Shown: positions 48,651 through 59,125, counted from the stretch's first letter. The stretch: DNA of 64,000 nt from Limnohabitans sp. (GCF_044361985.1 NZ_JBIKHV010000008.1:737-64736), one strand, 5' to 3'. A program made the numbers and translations. The notes: a model not told the origin generated them from the sequence alone.

Positions 48651-48717
48651 CAGCAATTTCTTGGGTGAATGGCGCTCGTAGTGTTCGACGTGTTTAACTT
48701 ACAAAAAGTGCCAAAGG

Positions 48718-48806
48718 TCTTATGGGGGCTCTTATGGGGGAACTCTAGAAAAATTCCTCGAAAAGGCTCATGAATGCAAGCGGTAATGTAGACACCGCTT
48801 CCGCCA
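48718..48806 (+). other. attR-like end: TCTTATGGGGG x2 arm-type repeats + core copy 2
   Basis: 11-bp direct repeats at 48718 and 48730; GACACCGCTTCCGCCA at 48791-48806. Confidence 0.75.
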
Positions 48807-48815
48807 ACCATCAAG

Positions 48816-48848
48816 AAAAAATGCGCCTCAGGGCGCATTTTTCGTTTC
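48816..48848 (+). terminator. terminator after att core 2 (possibly the original tRNA terminator)
   Basis: AAAAAATGCGCC-TCAG-GGCGCATTTTT. Confidence 0.75.
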
Positions 48849-49006
48849 TACATGCCATTTAACAACTCCACAAAACTTCACTTGGTTGTGTGTGTTACTG
48901 AATCAACAAGGATGGATCAACCGCAGTGCTGATCAGCGGGCAGTGTTGAGCCGATGCCTTCTATCAAACCAGCAGAGCCAACTCTGTTCATCTTGGTCGA
49001 ATCAAC

Positions 49007-49429
49007 TCAAGGGACTTGCAGGCGGTTGATGTACTCAAGTAAGGTCAGGATCCGGGCGCGAACCAGAGCAGTCGAGTCGTAGTTAACTTCACCGTAGTAT
49101 TCGGCATCCTTGATGCGGTATTCACGGCCCCAAACCGGCATGTCTCGAGCACCGTGAACCGGCACATTGCCCCCCTCAATGACATCGTAAAGTCGCGCTA
49201 TGGGAAACACGCCTTTGTTGTTTTTGGCCAGCTGAGTGAGATCGGGTGGGCTGCGCTTTAAGAACTCAAGCAACACGCCTCCACCCTTGCCGCTGACGCC
49301 GTGGCAGCTGGCGCAATTGGCTTCAAACTCCCTTTTACCCAAATCCGTTTTTTGTTGTGCCCAAACAGCACCGCTGTAAAGCGTCAAGCTGATGGGCGCT
49401 AAAAATAGCCAAGGCACGATTTTTTTCAT
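49007..49429 (-). CDS. c-type cytochrome (monoheme)
   Basis: Signal peptide, CASCHG, PPDLT, HG.RDMPVWG. Confidence 0.9.
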   Translation of the reverse strand: MKKIVPWLFLAPISLTLYSGAVWAQQKTDLGKREFEANCASCHGVSGKGGGVLLEFLKRSPPDLTQLAKNNKGVFPIARLYDVIEGGNVPVHGARDMPVWGREYRIKDAEYYGEVNYDSTALVRARILTLLEYINRLQVP

Positions 49430-49524
49430 TTCAGCACTCCTGTGTTTATTTGAAAAATGATTGCGGGTGAGCGCAGAAAAACGCCAACCCGTAATTCATC
49501 CTAGCCCTGCAGTGCTGAACAGGA

Positions 49525-49538
49525 TTGATCAATCTCAA
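49525..49538. promoter_or_regulatory. FNR-like box upstream of the cytochrome c gene
   Basis: TTGAT-CAAT-CTCAA, one mismatch to TTGAT-N4-ATCAA. Confidence 0.45.
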
Positions 49539-49848
49539 ATACGATGATGGAATGCGCGCCATCAAGCCTAACGGCCCCCTGTTTTCAGGTAGCTCTACAC
49601 ATTAAAAAATGAAACTACGAGCCGCTTCAAGGTCGCGGTGCTGGCTGGTGGCCATCAGGGGGACCCACTGCACAGCGCGTTGGGCTATTTGCCAGCCGGG
49701 CTGATTAGGGGAAGACGAGCGGTCAATCAAACATACCGGCGGTACTGAGTTAAGGGGTCAAGGCCACGAACGATACGGACTTCATGGGTAAAAGTGACGG
49801 AATAGACTGCTGCGCTATGATCAATTTTTTGTAACGTGTCATTCAAAA

Positions 49849-50439
49849 TTGATCTTCCCAACTGACCTTGCTTCGTTCCTTGAGTTGTTGCGCCTGCACG
49901 GTCATGAGGCCTACGGCCTGATCTTCGCATTTGCTGCCTCGCACAACATGCTGTTCACGCTTTTTGCAGGCTATGCCGCCAGCTCAGGTGCTCTTGATAT
50001 TGGCACACTGATTGCGGTCGTCTGGGCAGGCAGTTTTCTGGGTGATGCGATCCGCTTCTGGATCGGACGTCGCTTCGGAATCCAATGGCTTTTGCGATTT
50101 CCAAGGCTTCACCGCACCAGCCAGATCGTGGTCCGTTTGGTGGATCGCTACTATTTGTGGCTAATTCTGTTTCATCGCTATCCGCACGGCATTCGTGGCG
50201 TAGCAGGTTTTGCCTACGGAATGTCACGACTACCATGGCCGACATTCCTGGCATTCAATTTCGTCGCGGCTGGACTTTGGTCCGGTGCAGTTCTTGCTGC
50301 TGGCCATGCGTTTGGCCAAATCTCGGAGAAGCTCATGAACGATGCTTTCTCTGGGGTTGGCATGGTGATGCTGCTTGTTTTTCTCTTGCTGTCGTGGCTC
50401 CTAAGCAGGAAACTTGAACGCGTAGCCGAGCAAAGTTGA
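49849..50439 (+). CDS. DedA family membrane protein
   Basis: GSFLGDAIRFWIGRRFG, RYPHGIR..G...PWPTFLAFN; start uncertain. Confidence 0.85.
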   Translation: MIFPTDLASFLELLRLHGHEAYGLIFAFAASHNMLFTLFAGYAASSGALDIGTLIAVVWAGSFLGDAIRFWIGRRFGIQWLLRFPRLHRTSQIVVRLVDRYYLWLILFHRYPHGIRGVAGFAYGMSRLPWPTFLAFNFVAAGLWSGAVLAAGHAFGQISEKLMNDAFSGVGMVMLLVFLLLSWLLSRKLERVAEQS

Positions 50440-50564
50440 ACCTCAGCAAAGAATGCTTGATATCAACTATCCTGACCGCCGAACTTCAATTGCCCATCAA
50501 TGTATACGCCATGGAGGTCCCTTCCAGGTTATCTACGCTAAGCCAGGCATGCACCCTTGCCGAC

Positions 50565-51530
50565 TTAGGAATGCCTCTCCAAAATGGCTTCGACCAGCTC
50601 CTGCACCGCAAGCGCCTCCTCTGCCGTCGCCAACTTGTGTGGCTTGCCTTGAAGCCATTGGGACACCTCGCTGAGCTGTCGCTGCAACGCGCTGGTTCGA
50701 GGGTCTTCTGTGGTCCAGTCCAAGGCCTGCTCCCATGGACCGCCATCTGAACGCCAGAGTTGGTAAAACTCCCTGAATTGGTGGCTTCTTAGGCTGCCGC
50801 GCACAGTCACTTCCTGACGGTCAGGTTGCTGGCCACCGGTCGTACCCATGACCGTCACTGGCCGCCCATCTGCCGTTGACAGCCGGCCCAAAATATCAAG
50901 TTCGCACAATGCAGGGTCTTGAGGGTAACGAACAGAAGCGTACTGCAAGCTCAGTGGTCCCAAGAAGCGCCCTGCCAGAAACAAAAAATGCGAGATCACT
51001 TCGCGGGTGTAGCCACCTTCTTCGCGCATGCGCAGCCAATCGGCGTCCTTTTGCCAGGAGCGTGGCCAGGCGGGGTAATTCACGACAATGTCAACGCCTA
51101 GCAATTCACCCGTTTCACCGGCATCCATGGCCCGCTGCAGCTCTTCGAATCCTCTTGATGCAGCCTGCGTGAAGTTCACAACACCCGGCAAGCGGGATTT
51201 GCGCAGCTGCGCGACCAAATCGCGGCTTTGCGCGTTGTCAGTGCCCAAAGGCTTTTCCATGAACACCCCTTGCCCGGCAGACGCAGCTTGCAAAGCATAG
51301 GTTTTACGCGGTCCAGGCGGGCAAGCCAGGTACACCACATCCGCACCAGACATCGCTGCCTCGGCATGGGCTGATACAGGTGCATCGGGCATGATTTCAA
51401 GCGTTTTAGCCACCGAAACGGCTGAAGGGTCCCACACACCGCAGACATCAAAAGCGGGGTGTTGCAAAGCATTTTCGAGCATGCGTCGCCCCATGATGCC
51501 GAGTCCGACGATGGCCAATTTGTGTGTCAT
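50565..51530 (-). CDS. Gfo/Idh/MocA family oxidoreductase
   Basis: IVGLGIMG, DVVYLACPP, MEKPL. Confidence 0.9.
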   Translation of the reverse strand: MTHKLAIVGLGIMGRRMLENALQHPAFDVCGVWDPSAVSVAKTLEIMPDAPVSAHAEAAMSGADVVYLACPPGPRKTYALQAASAGQGVFMEKPLGTDNAQSRDLVAQLRKSRLPGVVNFTQAASRGFEELQRAMDAGETGELLGVDIVVNYPAWPRSWQKDADWLRMREEGGYTREVISHFLFLAGRFLGPLSLQYASVRYPQDPALCELDILGRLSTADGRPVTVMGTTGGQQPDRQEVTVRGSLRSHQFREFYQLWRSDGGPWEQALDWTTEDPRTSALQRQLSEVSQWLQGKPHKLATAEEALAVQELVEAILERHS

Positions 51531-51891
51531 GTGTATTTCCTGAAGGACGCCTGTTAGAAAAATTTATCGCTTACACGGTTATACCCTTTGAGCATGGCCG
51601 ATCATTTGAGAAGCCAGCGCAGAAATGAATCGATTTGAAAAAAAGGCTGCCCCCAACTGCAACGCACCATTTTCTTCATTCATGTGAGATCAGCCCCCAC
51701 CTTCCAGTGGCGACAATGAACCGCAATGAATGCGCTGGCCTCTGGGTACTGAGGCTGTCAATTCAAAGCCGAAGCGCCTGATGCTTAGAGGGGTTGGTGC
51801 AGTCTCCCATGTGCCTGTGGTCCGGGTTTTTTCTCTTGGCACCGATTGACCCTCAAGCTATGCTGACCCATTCAATTTAGGCACCTGGAAC

Positions 51892-52602
51892 ATGATCAAC
51901 AAGTTTGTGGCTTCGGTCAGCGAGGCCTTGGCCGACACCCCCGATGGTGCCACCGTCATGATCGGTGGTTTCGGCACTGCAGGCATTCCGGATGAGCTGA
52001 TCGAGGGCCTGATCTTGCAAGGCGCCCGAGACCTGACGCTGGTCAACAACAACGCGGGCAACGCCGAGCGGGGTCTGGCAGCCTTGCTCAAGGCGGGTCG
52101 GGTGCGGAAAATCATCTGCAGCTTTCCAAGACAAACCGACTCCCATGTGTTCGATGCTTTGTACCGCTCGGGGCAGATCGAACTGGAGCTGGTGCCGCAA
52201 GGCAATCTGGCCGAGCGCATTCGCGCGGCAGGTGCGGGCATTGGCGGCTTTTTCACGCCCACAGGCTACGGCACCGAGCTGGCCAAAAATCCCGATGGCA
52301 CAGCCAAGGAAACCCGCGAAATCAATGGCCGCATGTACGTTTACGAAACCCCCATCCATGCCCATCTGGCGCTGATCAAGGCCGAACGTGGTGACCGTTG
52401 GGGCAACCTGACCTACCGCAAGGCAGCACGCAACTTCGGCCCCATCATGGCCATGGCTGCACGCAAAACAGTGGCCACCGTGCATGAACAAGTGGCCCTG
52501 GGCGAACTCGACCCGGAGAGCGTAGTCACACCCGGTATTTTTGTTCAGGCGGTGGTCAAGATCGACCGTGTGGCCACGCAGGCCGGAGGCATCAAGGCAT
52601 GA
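51892..52602 (+). CDS. pcaI: 3-oxoadipate (3-oxoacid) CoA-transferase subunit A
   Basis: MIGGFG, NNAGN, ICSFPRQ, PQGNLAERIRAAGAG. Confidence 0.9.
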   Translation: MINKFVASVSEALADTPDGATVMIGGFGTAGIPDELIEGLILQGARDLTLVNNNAGNAERGLAALLKAGRVRKIICSFPRQTDSHVFDALYRSGQIELELVPQGNLAERIRAAGAGIGGFFTPTGYGTELAKNPDGTAKETREINGRMYVYETPIHAHLALIKAERGDRWGNLTYRKAARNFGPIMAMAARKTVATVHEQVALGELDPESVVTPGIFVQAVVKIDRVATQAGGIKA

Positions 52603-53243
52603 GCTACACCCGACGCAGCAAAGACGAGTTGGCCGCCCGCGTGGCCCAAGACATTCCGGAAGGCGCCACGGTCAACCTGGGGATTGGCCAGCCCACTTTG
52701 GTAGCCAACCACATTCCTGCCAGCCGCGAGGTGCTGCTGCACAGTGAAAACGGCATTCTGGGCATGGGCCCTGCCCCCACCAAAGGACAAGAAGATTACG
52801 ACCTGATCAACGCTGGCAAACAGCCTGTGACCTTGCTGCCGGGCGGCGCATTTTTTCACCACGCCGACAGCTTTGCCATGATGCGCGGCGGGCATCTGGA
52901 CATTTGCGTGCTGGGTGCGTTTCAGGTCAGCGCAACGGGTGATCTGGCCAATTGGCACACCGGTGAGCCCGACGCGATTCCGGCTGTGGGCGGGGCCATG
53001 GACCTGGCCATCGGTGCCAAGCAAACCTGGGTGATGATGGACTTGCTGACCAAACAAGGCCAAAGCAAATTGGTCGCAGCCTGCACCTACCCGCTGACAG
53101 GCATTGGCTGCGTGAAAAAGGTCTACACCGACCTGGCCACACTGGCCTGCACACCGCGTGGCCTGGTGGTCATTGACACGGTCGAGGGCTTGGGGCTGGA
53201 GGAGCTTTCAGGCTTGATCGGCCTGCCCCTCCTGTCGGCCTGA
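52599..53243 (+). CDS. pcaJ: 3-oxoadipate CoA-transferase subunit B
   Basis: VNLGIG, SENG, MMRGGH, VGGAMDL. Confidence 0.9.
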   Translation: MSYTRRSKDELAARVAQDIPEGATVNLGIGQPTLVANHIPASREVLLHSENGILGMGPAPTKGQEDYDLINAGKQPVTLLPGGAFFHHADSFAMMRGGHLDICVLGAFQVSATGDLANWHTGEPDAIPAVGGAMDLAIGAKQTWVMMDLLTKQGQSKLVAACTYPLTGIGCVKKVYTDLATLACTPRGLVVIDTVEGLGLEELSGLIGLPLLSA

Positions 53244-53272
53244 ACGCCCGAGCTGAACGCCCGAGCCGCACC

Positions 53273-53815
53273 TCAGGCCTGCACTGCCGCCCCGTTCTGT
53301 GCGGTGCTGCGTGCTGCGGATGCAGGCGATAAATCTTCACAGGTGGTCACCCATTGGCCATCGCGGTAGAGCAAAGGCGCAGCCCGTTCGTTGCAGCGCC
53401 CCGAGATGACTTCACCAATCATGAGGCTGTGCGAGCTTTCCTCGACTTGCCGAATCAACCGGCACTCCAGACTCATCACCGCATCGCGCAGGCACGGCGA
53501 ACCCGAATCAAATTCATCCCACAGCTCTCGGTCAAAACGCTCGTCACCAAACAACGCGCCCTGGCCTGCAAACAGCAGGGCCAGCTGGACGTGATGCGTT
53601 GCCAAGGTGTTCACGCTGAACACTTGGTTGTCAGACATGTGCGCATAGCTGAGCGCGCTTCGGTTGATGGCGCACACCACAGTGGGCGGCTCAACGCCCA
53701 AAGACATGAAGGCCGAAACCGTCATGCCCGTGCGGTTGGGAGCCTTGCCGGTGGCGACAATGTTGGCGGCCGCCGGGTGCATGCGCATCAACTGCCTGAA
53801 TGCTTGCGGACTCAT
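53273..53815 (-). CDS. flavin reductase
   Basis: FRQLMR, SLGVEPP, FSVNTL, SHSLMIG, PLLY. Confidence 0.9.
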   Translation of the reverse strand: MSPQAFRQLMRMHPAAANIVATGKAPNRTGMTVSAFMSLGVEPPTVVCAINRSALSYAHMSDNQVFSVNTLATHHVQLALLFAGQGALFGDERFDRELWDEFDSGSPCLRDAVMSLECRLIRQVEESSHSLMIGEVISGRCNERAAPLLYRDGQWVTTCEDLSPASAARSTAQNGAAVQA

Positions 53816-54954
53816 GCGGCAACTGTTTCCAAAGGAGCGTCCACATTGATCGCCGAACCCAGGCCCAAAGCCTGGTTCACGCGGGGCATCACCTCATTGG
53901 CCATCAGCTCCATCGAGCGGCGTCCCAGTTGGGGATCGACCAGGTCCATGCCGGCGTAGACAATTTCTCCAAAGGGGCCCGCCTTTTCGCGCAAGGCCAG
54001 GATCTTGTCGGCCACTTCACTGGCGGTGCCCGTGATGACCAATTCGTCCAGCAAGCGGTCGAGTGTGACGTGGCTGTCGTCTTCTTCCATGTGCTTTTTG
54101 AAGATGACATGCCGCTTGGAGAGCATCATCTTGGTCAGCATCTGACGGTAGTAATACCGGTAGGGGCTGTTGGCATCCGCGCGGCCATAGCGGTTGGCTG
54201 TGGCGGCATCGTCACTGACAAAAATGGTGCGGGCAACCCGCCAGTCGGCAGGGTTGGCCTGCTGGTTGACCGATGTCTTGCCTTCGCAGTAATTGTCCCA
54301 ATGGCTGTTCAACCAGTGGTCCATCAGGAAGTTGGCCGACATGGGGTGAAAGTTGCGCTTGCCCATGGCGATGACACCCTTGGAAAAAGGTGCCACCACA
54401 GTGCCCACGATTTCGGGCAAGGGTTTCTGAAAAGGCTTCATCAACACGCCACGCCCGATCTCTGCCAAGGCGGTGACCTGCGTGGTGACCTTGAACCGGT
54501 TGTCCGGAAAGTCAATGTTGTATGGCGGCTCACGCTCCCAGATGGCCAGAATCACATCAATGGCTTCTGCAAACATCTTGTTGCGGTCTTGGTCCAGGAT
54601 GCCCAGCGCTTCGGCATCCGAGGCCAGTGCACCCGGGCTGATGCCGAAGATGAAACGCCCCTTGGCCAGGTGGTCAAACATGGCCGCTTGCGAGGCCAAA
54701 AGCGTGGGATGAGAGTGCGACAGATTGGAAGTGCCGCTGCCCAGCTTGATGGTTTTAGTTTCAGGGATCAAGGTGGCCAGAAACAGCAGGCTGTTGGTCA
54801 CGTTTTCGGCCTTGTCAGTCAAATGCTCACCCACAAACGCATCGTAAAAGCCGAGCTTGTCGGCCAGGATGATGGTTTGCCGATCTTCGTGCAAAGTTTC
54901 GGTGGTGTCCCTTTCAAAGGGATGCAAGGGCATGGTGAAGTAGCCTAAACGCAT
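53812..54954 (-). CDS. luciferase-like (LLM) monooxygenase
   Basis: ADKLGFYDAFVGEH, IKLGSG, GRFIFGISPG. Confidence 0.92.
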   Translation of the reverse strand: MRLGYFTMPLHPFERDTTETLHEDRQTIILADKLGFYDAFVGEHLTDKAENVTNSLLFLATLIPETKTIKLGSGTSNLSHSHPTLLASQAAMFDHLAKGRFIFGISPGALASDAEALGILDQDRNKMFAEAIDVILAIWEREPPYNIDFPDNRFKVTTQVTALAEIGRGVLMKPFQKPLPEIVGTVVAPFSKGVIAMGKRNFHPMSANFLMDHWLNSHWDNYCEGKTSVNQQANPADWRVARTIFVSDDAATANRYGRADANSPYRYYYRQMLTKMMLSKRHVIFKKHMEEDDSHVTLDRLLDELVITGTASEVADKILALREKAGPFGEIVYAGMDLVDPQLGRRSMELMANEVMPRVNQALGLGSAINVDAPLETVAA

Positions 54955-54991
54955 GGTGAATCCAGTTCGTGGTCTTTAAAGAGGGTGGCCA

Positions 54992-55960
54992 TTACTCAGG
55001 CTTGATGCCCGCGTCCTTGATGACCTGGGCCCAGCGCGTGATTTCACTTTGAATAAAGCGAGGGTAATCGGCCTTGGATACCTTGGAAGGTTCCAGGCCC
55101 AATTGCGCCAGGCGCGCCAAAAAGGCCTCATCCTTCAAGGCCGCACTGATCGCGCCATCGAGCCTGCGCACGACATCGGGAGGGGTATTTGCAGGGGCCG
55201 CCAAGCCGAGGAAGAAGCCAAGTTCATAGCCGGGGTAGGTTTCACCAATGGCCGGAATATTGGCCCAGGGCTTGAACCGGCTGGCACCCGTCACCCCAAT
55301 GGCGGTGGCCTTGGGGTTGTCGATGTGGGCCATGGCGGGCAGGTATTCCAAAAACAGCACCTGCAATTGACCCCCATAAAAGTCTTGCAAGGCCGAGCCT
55401 ATGCTCTTGTAGGGGATGCCGGTCATGGGCGCGCCCGTCTTGACCTTGAACATCTCGGCGGTCATTTGCGAAGCGGAGTTGTAGTGGCCGAAAAACACCT
55501 TGCCCGGATTGGCCTTGGCATAAGCAGTGAGATCGGCCGGCGTGCGGATGCCCGAGTCTTTGCTGACCATGGCCACCGATGCCGCCGTGCCGAACTGGCC
55601 CAGGTGCTCAAAGTCCTTGAGGGGTTCGTAAGGCACTTTTTTGTAGAGGCTCAGGTTCGCTGCCAAGGTGGTGTTGGTGGTCAGCAAGAGGGTGTAGCCA
55701 TCAGCGGGTGCATTTTTGACCGCCTCTGTGCCCAGGATGCCATTGGCCCCGGCCTTGTTTTCAACCACCACGCTTTGCTTGAACTGCGCTTCCAGGTATT
55801 GGCCAAAGGCCCTGGCCGTGATGTCACCCGATCCACCGGGCCCAAAGGGCACCACGATCTTGATGGGCTTGTTGGGAAAGCCCTGCGCATTGGCCAGGCC
55901 CACACACAAGCCCAAAGGCGCCAGCAGGCCCCACGTCAGAAATCGGACAAGCTTATTCAT
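54992..55960 (-). CDS. Bug/TctC substrate-binding protein
   Basis: PFGPGGSGD, ENKAGANG, IPYKS; start moved to ATG 55960. Confidence 0.93.
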   Translation of the reverse strand: MNKLVRFLTWGLLAPLGLCVGLANAQGFPNKPIKIVVPFGPGGSGDITARAFGQYLEAQFKQSVVVENKAGANGILGTEAVKNAPADGYTLLLTTNTTLAANLSLYKKVPYEPLKDFEHLGQFGTAASVAMVSKDSGIRTPADLTAYAKANPGKVFFGHYNSASQMTAEMFKVKTGAPMTGIPYKSIGSALQDFYGGQLQVLFLEYLPAMAHIDNPKATAIGVTGASRFKPWANIPAIGETYPGYELGFFLGLAAPANTPPDVVRRLDGAISAALKDEAFLARLAQLGLEPSKVSKADYPRFIQSEITRWAQVIKDAGIKPE

Positions 55961-56028
55961 TCCCAGTCTCCATCTTGGTTGTAATGCGCACATTCTAGGA
56001 TTGGCGACTGAATTGACCAAGCTTTTAG

Positions 56029-56043
56029 TTCCGCCATATGGAA
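56029..56043. promoter_or_regulatory. putative IclR operator TTCC-N7-GGAA (second copy at 57065-57079)
   Basis: TTCCGCCATATGGAA and TTCCATGATCCGGAA, upstream of both operons flanking iclR. Confidence 0.5.
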
Positions 56044-56156
56044 TTTTCCAATCCAGGGGGGTCTGCCGAACTCAAGCCGCTGGCTTCGTTTTTTTCAGCG
56101 TCTGTCCAGTGGCGGATGGCATCGTCGCAGTCAGTCGTGTATCAGCGGGCTGAATT

Positions 56157-56999
56157 TCAAAAAGCGATGCGTGGCGTTTGAGGGTCTTTGATGGCGGTGC
56201 GCCAGGTCTCAGCTTGGCTTGGGTTCGTGCGGGCCATTTCGTATTGGGCCGACATGATCTGTGCTTCATGGTTCAGCGCGGCAGCCAGGCCACTCAGGTA
56301 GCTGCCCTTCATGCGATCAAGTGTGGACACGGTGCACAAAGAAGCAATCGGGTAACCGCGTCGGTCAAATATGGGAACGGCAATGCCCGAGATGCCGCGG
56401 GAAGATCGGGTTTTGGTCAGGGCGTAGCCATTTTTTCGGGTTTTCTGGATCCCGCTGGTGATCTTGCTGAAAGCCTTGTCAGCGCCGCTGCGCAGGCTGT
56501 TGAAGGCCACGATGTCGGCAATTTCCTCGTCGGGCAGATACGCCAGGATGGCCAAGCTGAAAGAGCCGATGCCCATGGGCCAACGGTCGTTGACCTGCAA
56601 AATTTCTGCATTTTGGGGGAGGTGCCCCTGCCGTTTGTCCAGGCACACGGCGTCGTAACCACAGCGGATGCCCAGGTACACCGCCTCTCCGGTGGTCTGC
56701 GCCAATCTGTCGAAGGAAGGCTGGGCAATGGTCTTGACGTCAAACACATCCAGCACCGACATGCCCAGGGCATAGACCTCGGGGCCGAGCCGGTAATTGC
56801 GCGTGCCCCAGGGCCGCTCGACCAGGTGCTCGTCCAGCATGGCCGACAAGATGCGATGGACTGTGGCTTTGGGCAACTGGGTGAGCATGCTGATTTGCAT
56901 GAGTGCCGCACCTTGCGAGCCAAAAGTGGACAAGGTTCTTAAGAGCAGTGCAGCGCGGGCGATGCTTTGCGCGCCCTCGCTTTTCAGGGAAGTGGTCAT
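56157..56999 (-). CDS. IclR family regulator
   Basis: AQSIARA..LPKATVHRIL..YRLG; GIAVPI. Confidence 0.93.
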   Translation of the reverse strand: MTTSLKSEGAQSIARAALLLRTLSTFGSQGAALMQISMLTQLPKATVHRILSAMLDEHLVERPWGTRNYRLGPEVYALGMSVLDVFDVKTIAQPSFDRLAQTTGEAVYLGIRCGYDAVCLDKRQGHLPQNAEILQVNDRWPMGIGSFSLAILAYLPDEEIADIVAFNSLRSGADKAFSKITSGIQKTRKNGYALTKTRSSRGISGIAVPIFDRRGYPIASLCTVSTLDRMKGSYLSGLAAALNHEAQIMSAQYEMARTNPSQAETWRTAIKDPQTPRIAF

Positions 57000-57239
57000 G
57001 GCGCTGTAAAGGGTTCAGGCAAAAAAAGGGGCGAATCGGTTGAATGGTTTGATCTTACAAAAAATTCCATGATCCGGAATATTGCACCTCACCCTGCCTT
57101 GCTGACGGGCAAAAAGGGCAGGCCCTGATTGCCAAGTCAAAAGCCAGCACGCATACTTATTTTTTGGAATTTCGATGCCATTTTTGATTCGGTTCAAAAC
57201 ACCGTTACGCCATCACAAGACTAGGAGAGCCAAGTCCCC

Positions 57240-58217
57240 ATGCAAACATCCAAACGCAATCTTTTGGCCCGCTTGGGCCTGTGCCTGCTGGCCAGTGCCG
57301 CAGCAGTGTCGGTGCAGGCGCAAAGCTACCCGCAACGCCCCATCAAGGCCATCGTGCCCTATGCCGCTGGCGGCTTTTCTGACCAGGCCAGCCGCATCAT
57401 TGCCGAGGCGATGGGCAGAAATCTGGGCCAAACCATCGTCATCGAAAACCGTGCTGGCGGGGGGGGCCGCATTGGCAGCGAGGCCGTCACCAAAATGACG
57501 CCCGATGGTTACCAACTGCTGATGACCACCAATGGCACCAAGACCTATATGGCGGTGGTGGAGAAGTCCCTGTCCTACGACCCGGTGACTGACTTCACGC
57601 CGATTTCTTTGGTCGGAAAATACGGTTTGCTCATGGTGGTCAACCCATCGGTTCCAGCCAAGAATTTGCCCGAGTTCCTGGCCTACGCCCGCGACAACAA
57701 GGGCAAGATCAACTACGCCACATCGGGCATGGGCAGCGGCCTCCACTTTGCCGGTGAGTTGTTCAATGCCATGGGCAAAATCGACATGGTGCATGTGCCC
57801 TACAAAGGCTCTGGCCCCGGCATGCAGGATGTACTGGTGGGCGTTTGCCAAGTCATTTTTGATGGTGCTGCCAAGCCACAAATCGATGCTGGAAAAGTCC
57901 GCTTGCTGGGCACCACCAGTTCCGTACGCGATCCGCGTTACCCGGACATGCCCACCCTCAGTGAGGGCGGATTGACGGGCTATGACCTGACCTATTGGGT
58001 GGGCATTTTTGCCCCGAAAGGTTTGCCGCCTGAGATTCAGGCGCGCCTGAATGCATCGGTGAAGACGGCGCTGGCCGATGCCGATGTGCAGCGAAAGCTC
58101 AACGGCATGGGGATGACCTTGGTGGGCAGCACACCCGAACAAATGGTGCAGGAAATCCGCACTGAAACAGCCAAGCTGCGGCAGATTGCCGCCTCGATTC
58201 CTGGTGGGGTGAACTGA
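57240..58217 (+). CDS. Bug/TctC substrate-binding protein
   Basis: PYAAGGFSD, ENRAGGGG, HVPYKG. Confidence 0.95.
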   Translation: MQTSKRNLLARLGLCLLASAAAVSVQAQSYPQRPIKAIVPYAAGGFSDQASRIIAEAMGRNLGQTIVIENRAGGGGRIGSEAVTKMTPDGYQLLMTTNGTKTYMAVVEKSLSYDPVTDFTPISLVGKYGLLMVVNPSVPAKNLPEFLAYARDNKGKINYATSGMGSGLHFAGELFNAMGKIDMVHVPYKGSGPGMQDVLVGVCQVIFDGAAKPQIDAGKVRLLGTTSSVRDPRYPDMPTLSEGGLTGYDLTYWVGIFAPKGLPPEIQARLNASVKTALADADVQRKLNGMGMTLVGSTPEQMVQEIRTETAKLRQIAASIPGGVN

Positions 58218-59122
58218 TGGTGCCGCTCATCAACGGGGATCTGCGCCCCCAAGACCGTTTGCCTTTTTCGGCCATCATCGATCGCCCTCCCCTGTTGCTG
58301 CCTGAAGGTGTTCGCTTGGTGGTCTGGCCGGTGGTCAACATCGAGGAGTGGGATATTTCGCGCCCTATGCCGCGCATGGTCTCGCCCCCTCCCGGCGGCC
58401 AGGCACCCGTGCCCGATGTGCCCAACTGGACCTGGCACGAATACGGCATGCGGATCGGTGTATGGCGCCTCATGGATGCTTTCAAAAATGTGGGGGTTCG
58501 TCCCACGCTGTCCATCAATGCCAAGGTGTGCGAAACCAGGCCCCGCGTGACGCAGGCCGCACTGGATGCTGGCTGGGAGTTCATGGCCCATTGCTACGAG
58601 CAAATTCCGATCCAAAAAATCCCGGACGAGCGGGCCATGATGCAGCAGACGCTGGACGTGCTGACCCGTTTTACAGGCACCCGCCCCGAAGGTTGGCTGG
58701 GGCCGGGCCGCAGCCAGACGCTGCAGACGCCGGACCTGATTAAGGAGCTGGGCATGAAATGGTTTGGCGACTGGGTGCTCGACGACCAGCCGCAACATGT
58801 GCACACCCGGCATGGCCCACTGGTTTCGGTGCCCTACACCATCGAGCTCAACGACATCAACATCATGTTGACTGCGCATGAGCGCTCAGATGCGATGCTG
58901 CTGCGTGCACAAGAAATTTTTGCGCGCCTGTATGCCGAATCGGCCAACGGTGCCCGCATCATGGCCTTTGGGGTCCATCCCTACATTTCAGGCGCGACAC
59001 ACCGCATCCGCCACTTTGAAATGATGCTGGAGTTTCTGGCAAGCCAACCGGGTGTGGTGTTTTGGAATGGCTCTGAAATCTGCAACTGGTTTCAGCAAGC
59101 CAGCCCACTGCCAACATCTTGA
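58217..59122 (+). CDS. polysaccharide deacetylase-fold (PuuE-like) hydrolase
   Basis: VNIEEW, EYGMRIG, WEFMAH, GWLGPG, ELND, HPYISG. Confidence 0.85.
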   Translation: MVPLINGDLRPQDRLPFSAIIDRPPLLLPEGVRLVVWPVVNIEEWDISRPMPRMVSPPPGGQAPVPDVPNWTWHEYGMRIGVWRLMDAFKNVGVRPTLSINAKVCETRPRVTQAALDAGWEFMAHCYEQIPIQKIPDERAMMQQTLDVLTRFTGTRPEGWLGPGRSQTLQTPDLIKELGMKWFGDWVLDDQPQHVHTRHGPLVSVPYTIELNDINIMLTAHERSDAMLLRAQEIFARLYAESANGARIMAFGVHPYISGATHRIRHFEMMLEFLASQPGVVFWNGSEICNWFQQASPLPTS

Positions 59123-59125
59123 TCC

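Noticed and set aside
53241-53266. TGAACGCCCGAGC tandem duplication
   Set aside because: Isolated 13-bp slippage duplication between convergent genes, with no other copies noticed
53800-58879. Long antisense ORFs (382, 311, 254, 309, 280 aa)
   Set aside because: They mirror well-supported genes on the other strand, consistent with a codon-bias artefact
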